Source of the DNA: Candidatus Cryptobacteroides sp. | GTDB lineage: Bacteria; Bacteroidota; Bacteroidia; Bacteroidales; UBA932 | Assembly (NCBI GenBank): GCA_051889815.1 | Contig: JBJFDD010000040.1 | Span: forward strand, 1-37,757 | Direction: 5' to 3' | Length of the DNA: 37,757 nucleotides | Shown here: piece after piece, positions 35,555 to 37,757 of the stretch | How positions within the stretch are numbered: the stretch's first letter is position 1 | Layout of the letters: the number at the start of each line of letters is the position of its first letter | Position numbers and translations under genes: made by a program | Notes under the pieces: generated by a model | Seen by the model: only the letters and a program-made list of their open reading frames with translations | Databases searched by the model: none | Told to the model about the DNA's origin: nothing

Positions 35555-35588
35555 AAAAAGGGAAGGCGACTTTCTTTGTCTCCTTCCC
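35555..35588 (-). terminator. Intrinsic terminator of the alpha operon after rplQ
   Basis: Minus strand GGGAAGGAGAC-AAAGAAA-GTCGCCTTCCC-TTTTT (11-bp stem with one mismatch). Confidence 0.8.
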
Positions 35589-35610
35589 AGTTCGATATAT
35601 CCAGAATTGA

Positions 35611-36093
35611 TTATTCTGCCTCTGGTGCTGGAGTTTCGGCTGCCGGTGCCTCTGCTACTGGAGCCTCTGCCTTCTTCGCACGGCTGCGGCGGGTTGCCTT
35701 CTTCTCTTCCTTCCTGGCGGAAGCAAGAGCTGCCTCGTTGAAGTCGACAAGCTCGATAAGTGCCATGTCAGCGCCATCACCCTGACGGAAACCGGTGTGG
35801 AGTACTCTGGTGTATCCGCCCGGACGGTCAGCGATCCTAGGAGCCACAGCGCTGAAAAGTTCCTTGACAGCCTCCTTGTTCTTGAGGTAGCTGAATACGG
35901 TTCTGCGTGAATGGGTCGTATCTTCCTTTGACTTGGTGATCAGCGGCTCAACATAGGTCTTGAGGGCTTTTGCCTTGGCGACAGTGGTGTTGATCCTCTT
36001 GTGCATGATCAGGGAAGAAGCCATGTTGGCAAGCATCGCCTTGCGATGACCATCCTTGCGACCGAGATGATTTATTGCTTTCTTGTGCCTCAT
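35611..36093 (-). CDS. rplQ: 50S ribosomal protein L17
   Basis: [19 protein letters not shown] and RPGGYTR, with an Ala/Glu/Lys-rich tail. Confidence 0.99.
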   Translation of the reverse strand: MRHKKAINHLGRKDGHRKAMLANMASSLIMHKRINTTVAKAKALKTYVEPLITKSKEDTTHSRRTVFSYLKNKEAVKELFSAVAPRIADRPGGYTRVLHTGFRQGDGADMALIELVDFNEAALASARKEEKKATRRSRAKKAEAPVAEAPAAETPAPEAE

Positions 36094-36096
36094 GTC

Positions 36097-37104
36097 TTAT
36101 ACGTTCTTTTTCTTTGGTTCAATATTAAACTTTCTCACATCCATACCGAACGACAGCTTCATCTTCTCGACAACCTCATCAATCTCGTTCAGTGACTTCT
36201 TGCCGAAGTTCCTGAATTTCATGAGTTCGTTCCTTGAATATGAAACGAGGTCGGCGAAGGTCTCGATTTCGGCTGCCTTCAAGCAGTTGTAAGCCCTGAC
36301 GGAAAGACCGATGTCAGAGAGTTTGGTGAGAAGGAGGTGCCTTGTCCTGAGGCTCTCCTCGTCAAGCTCCTTGTTGTCGGACTCGATGGAATTCTCGATA
36401 GAGATGTTCTTGTCGTCAGTAAACAGCTTGAAGTGATAGATAAGGATGTTGGCTGCATCCTGAAGTGCCATGTTCGGGGAAATCGATCCGTCCGTGACAA
36501 TTTCAAGATTCAGCTTCTCGTAGTCGGTCTTCTGCTCGACACGCCAGTTCTCGACACTCCAGTTTACTTTCTTGATCGGAGTGTAGACTGCATCAATCGG
36601 AATTGTGCCGATCGGAGTCTCGCCAGTCCTCATCTCCTCTGCCGGGACAAAGCCGCGGCCTTTGGTGATGGTGAGCTTGATTTCAAGAGTAACAGACGGT
36701 TCGAGTGAACAGATGTGCTGTTCAGGGTTCAACACCTTGAAAGAAGACAATCCCTTGGAGATGGCTTCGGCAGTGAACTCATTCTTGCCACTGACAACAA
36801 TGGTAGCTTCTTCTGAGTCCTGAGTCTCAACCATTCTCTTGAGCCTAACCTGCTTGAGGTTAAGGATGATGTCCTGCATACCTTCGATCACGCCCGGGAT
36901 GGTGGCGAACTCCTGGTCCACGCCGGTAATCTTGATCTGACTGATAGCAAAACCTTCCAGAGAGGCGAGCAGAATGCGGCGGAGAGCGTTACCGATAGTC
37001 TGTCCGTAGCCAGGCTCAAGCGGCCTGAACTCGAAACGGCCAACGGTATCGGTGCCTTCGAGCATAATCACCTTGTCCGGTTTCTGAAATGCTAAGATTG
37101 CCAT
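36097..37104 (-). CDS. rpoA: RNA polymerase alpha subunit
   Basis: Motifs [40 protein letters not shown] and NFGKKSL. Confidence 0.99.
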   Translation of the reverse strand: MAILAFQKPDKVIMLEGTDTVGRFEFRPLEPGYGQTIGNALRRILLASLEGFAISQIKITGVDQEFATIPGVIEGMQDIILNLKQVRLKRMVETQDSEEATIVVSGKNEFTAEAISKGLSSFKVLNPEQHICSLEPSVTLEIKLTITKGRGFVPAEEMRTGETPIGTIPIDAVYTPIKKVNWSVENWRVEQKTDYEKLNLEIVTDGSISPNMALQDAANILIYHFKLFTDDKNISIENSIESDNKELDEESLRTRHLLLTKLSDIGLSVRAYNCLKAAEIETFADLVSYSRNELMKFRNFGKKSLNEIDEVVEKMKLSFGMDVRKFNIEPKKKNV

Positions 37105-37129
37105 TTTGTTTCTTGTTAGGTGTTAAAAA

Positions 37130-37732
37130 TTACTTGGAGTAGAGATCGACGATGAGCTGCTCGTTGATGTTTTCAGGAATATCCTCTCTTGCAGGGACAT
37201 TGAGGAACTTTCCGGCAAGAGCCTTTGGATCGAACTCGATCCATGAGTACTTGCTTGCTGATGCAACACTTGAAGTGATGACCTCAAGACTCTTTGAACG
37301 CTCCCTGACTGCGATGACGTCGCCAGGTCTGACCTGTACTGAAGGGATGTTGCAGACAGCACCGTTGAGGGTGATGTGAGCGTGGTTTACAAGCTGGCGT
37401 GCAGCTGCCCTGGTAGGAGCGATACCCATCCTGTAAACGATGTTGTCGAGTCTTGACTCGAGGAGGAAGAGGAGGTTCTCACCCTTCTGGCCAGGCATGC
37501 GGGATGCCTTGAGATAGGTGTTGTGGAACTGCTTCTCGAGAAGGCCGTACATGTATCTGACCTTCTGCTTCTCCTTGAGCTGGATACCATATTCACGCTG
37601 CTTCTTGCGCTTTGCAGCGAGACCATGCTGTCCCGGAGGATAGTTTCTCTTCTCGAAATCCTTGTCGCTTCCGAAAATAGGCTCGCCGAACTTGCGTGCG
37701 ATCTTTGTGCTTGGACCAATATATCTTGCCAT
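37130..37732 (-). CDS. rpsD: 30S ribosomal protein S4
   Basis: Motifs MARYIGP, PPGQHG, QLKEKQK, LESRLDN and ARQLVNH. Confidence 0.99.
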   Translation of the reverse strand: MARYIGPSTKIARKFGEPIFGSDKDFEKRNYPPGQHGLAAKRKKQREYGIQLKEKQKVRYMYGLLEKQFHNTYLKASRMPGQKGENLLFLLESRLDNIVYRMGIAPTRAAARQLVNHAHITLNGAVCNIPSVQVRPGDVIAVRERSKSLEVITSSVASASKYSWIEFDPKALAGKFLNVPAREDIPENINEQLIVDLYSK

Positions 37733-37757
37733 AGTAATTCAGAATTAAATGATTAAA

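Noticed and set aside
35495-35785. 96-aa plus-strand ORF
   Set aside because: Antisense to the rplQ tail and runs through its terminator.
37753-37757. Possible rpsK stop codon (TAA on the minus strand) at the window edge
   Set aside because: Consistent with alpha-operon gene order, but only 5 bases are visible, too few to call.

Overview
A 37.8 kb chromosomal window from a fairly GC-rich Bacteroidales genome. The assignment is inferred from repeated TAnnTTTG -7 promoter boxes, AT-rich leaders without Shine-Dalgarno sites, Bacteroidota-type rpsD/rpoA/rplQ and type V pilins. From left to right it contains: (1) a secreted carbohydrate-enzyme cluster (5'-part of a GH99/GH71-like gene missed by the ORF track, GH78, SGNH esterase, alpha/beta hydrolase); (2) purM-purH-purD-folD, whose proteins look Bacillota-like rather than Bacteroidota-like and which lacks purN; (3) housekeeping genes recO, rdgB, an S41 protease with a sigma54-like box, manA and rnr; (4) a coupled GH20-GT4-YfhO unit, a TauE/SafE exporter, a second GH78 and an exported sugar isomerase/epimerase-fold lipoprotein; (5) a 134-bp non-coding element with a perfect 21-bp terminal inverted repeat and internal hairpins; (6) a four-gene Mfa/Fim type V pilus operon with a long leader; and (7) the end of the alpha ribosomal operon. 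I saw no rRNA, tRNA, CRISPR array, transposase, integrase or reverse transcriptase. The best candidates for novelty are the structured 134-bp element, the apparently xenologous pur/fol block and the regulation of the pilus locus. All family calls come from motif recognition, not database searches.
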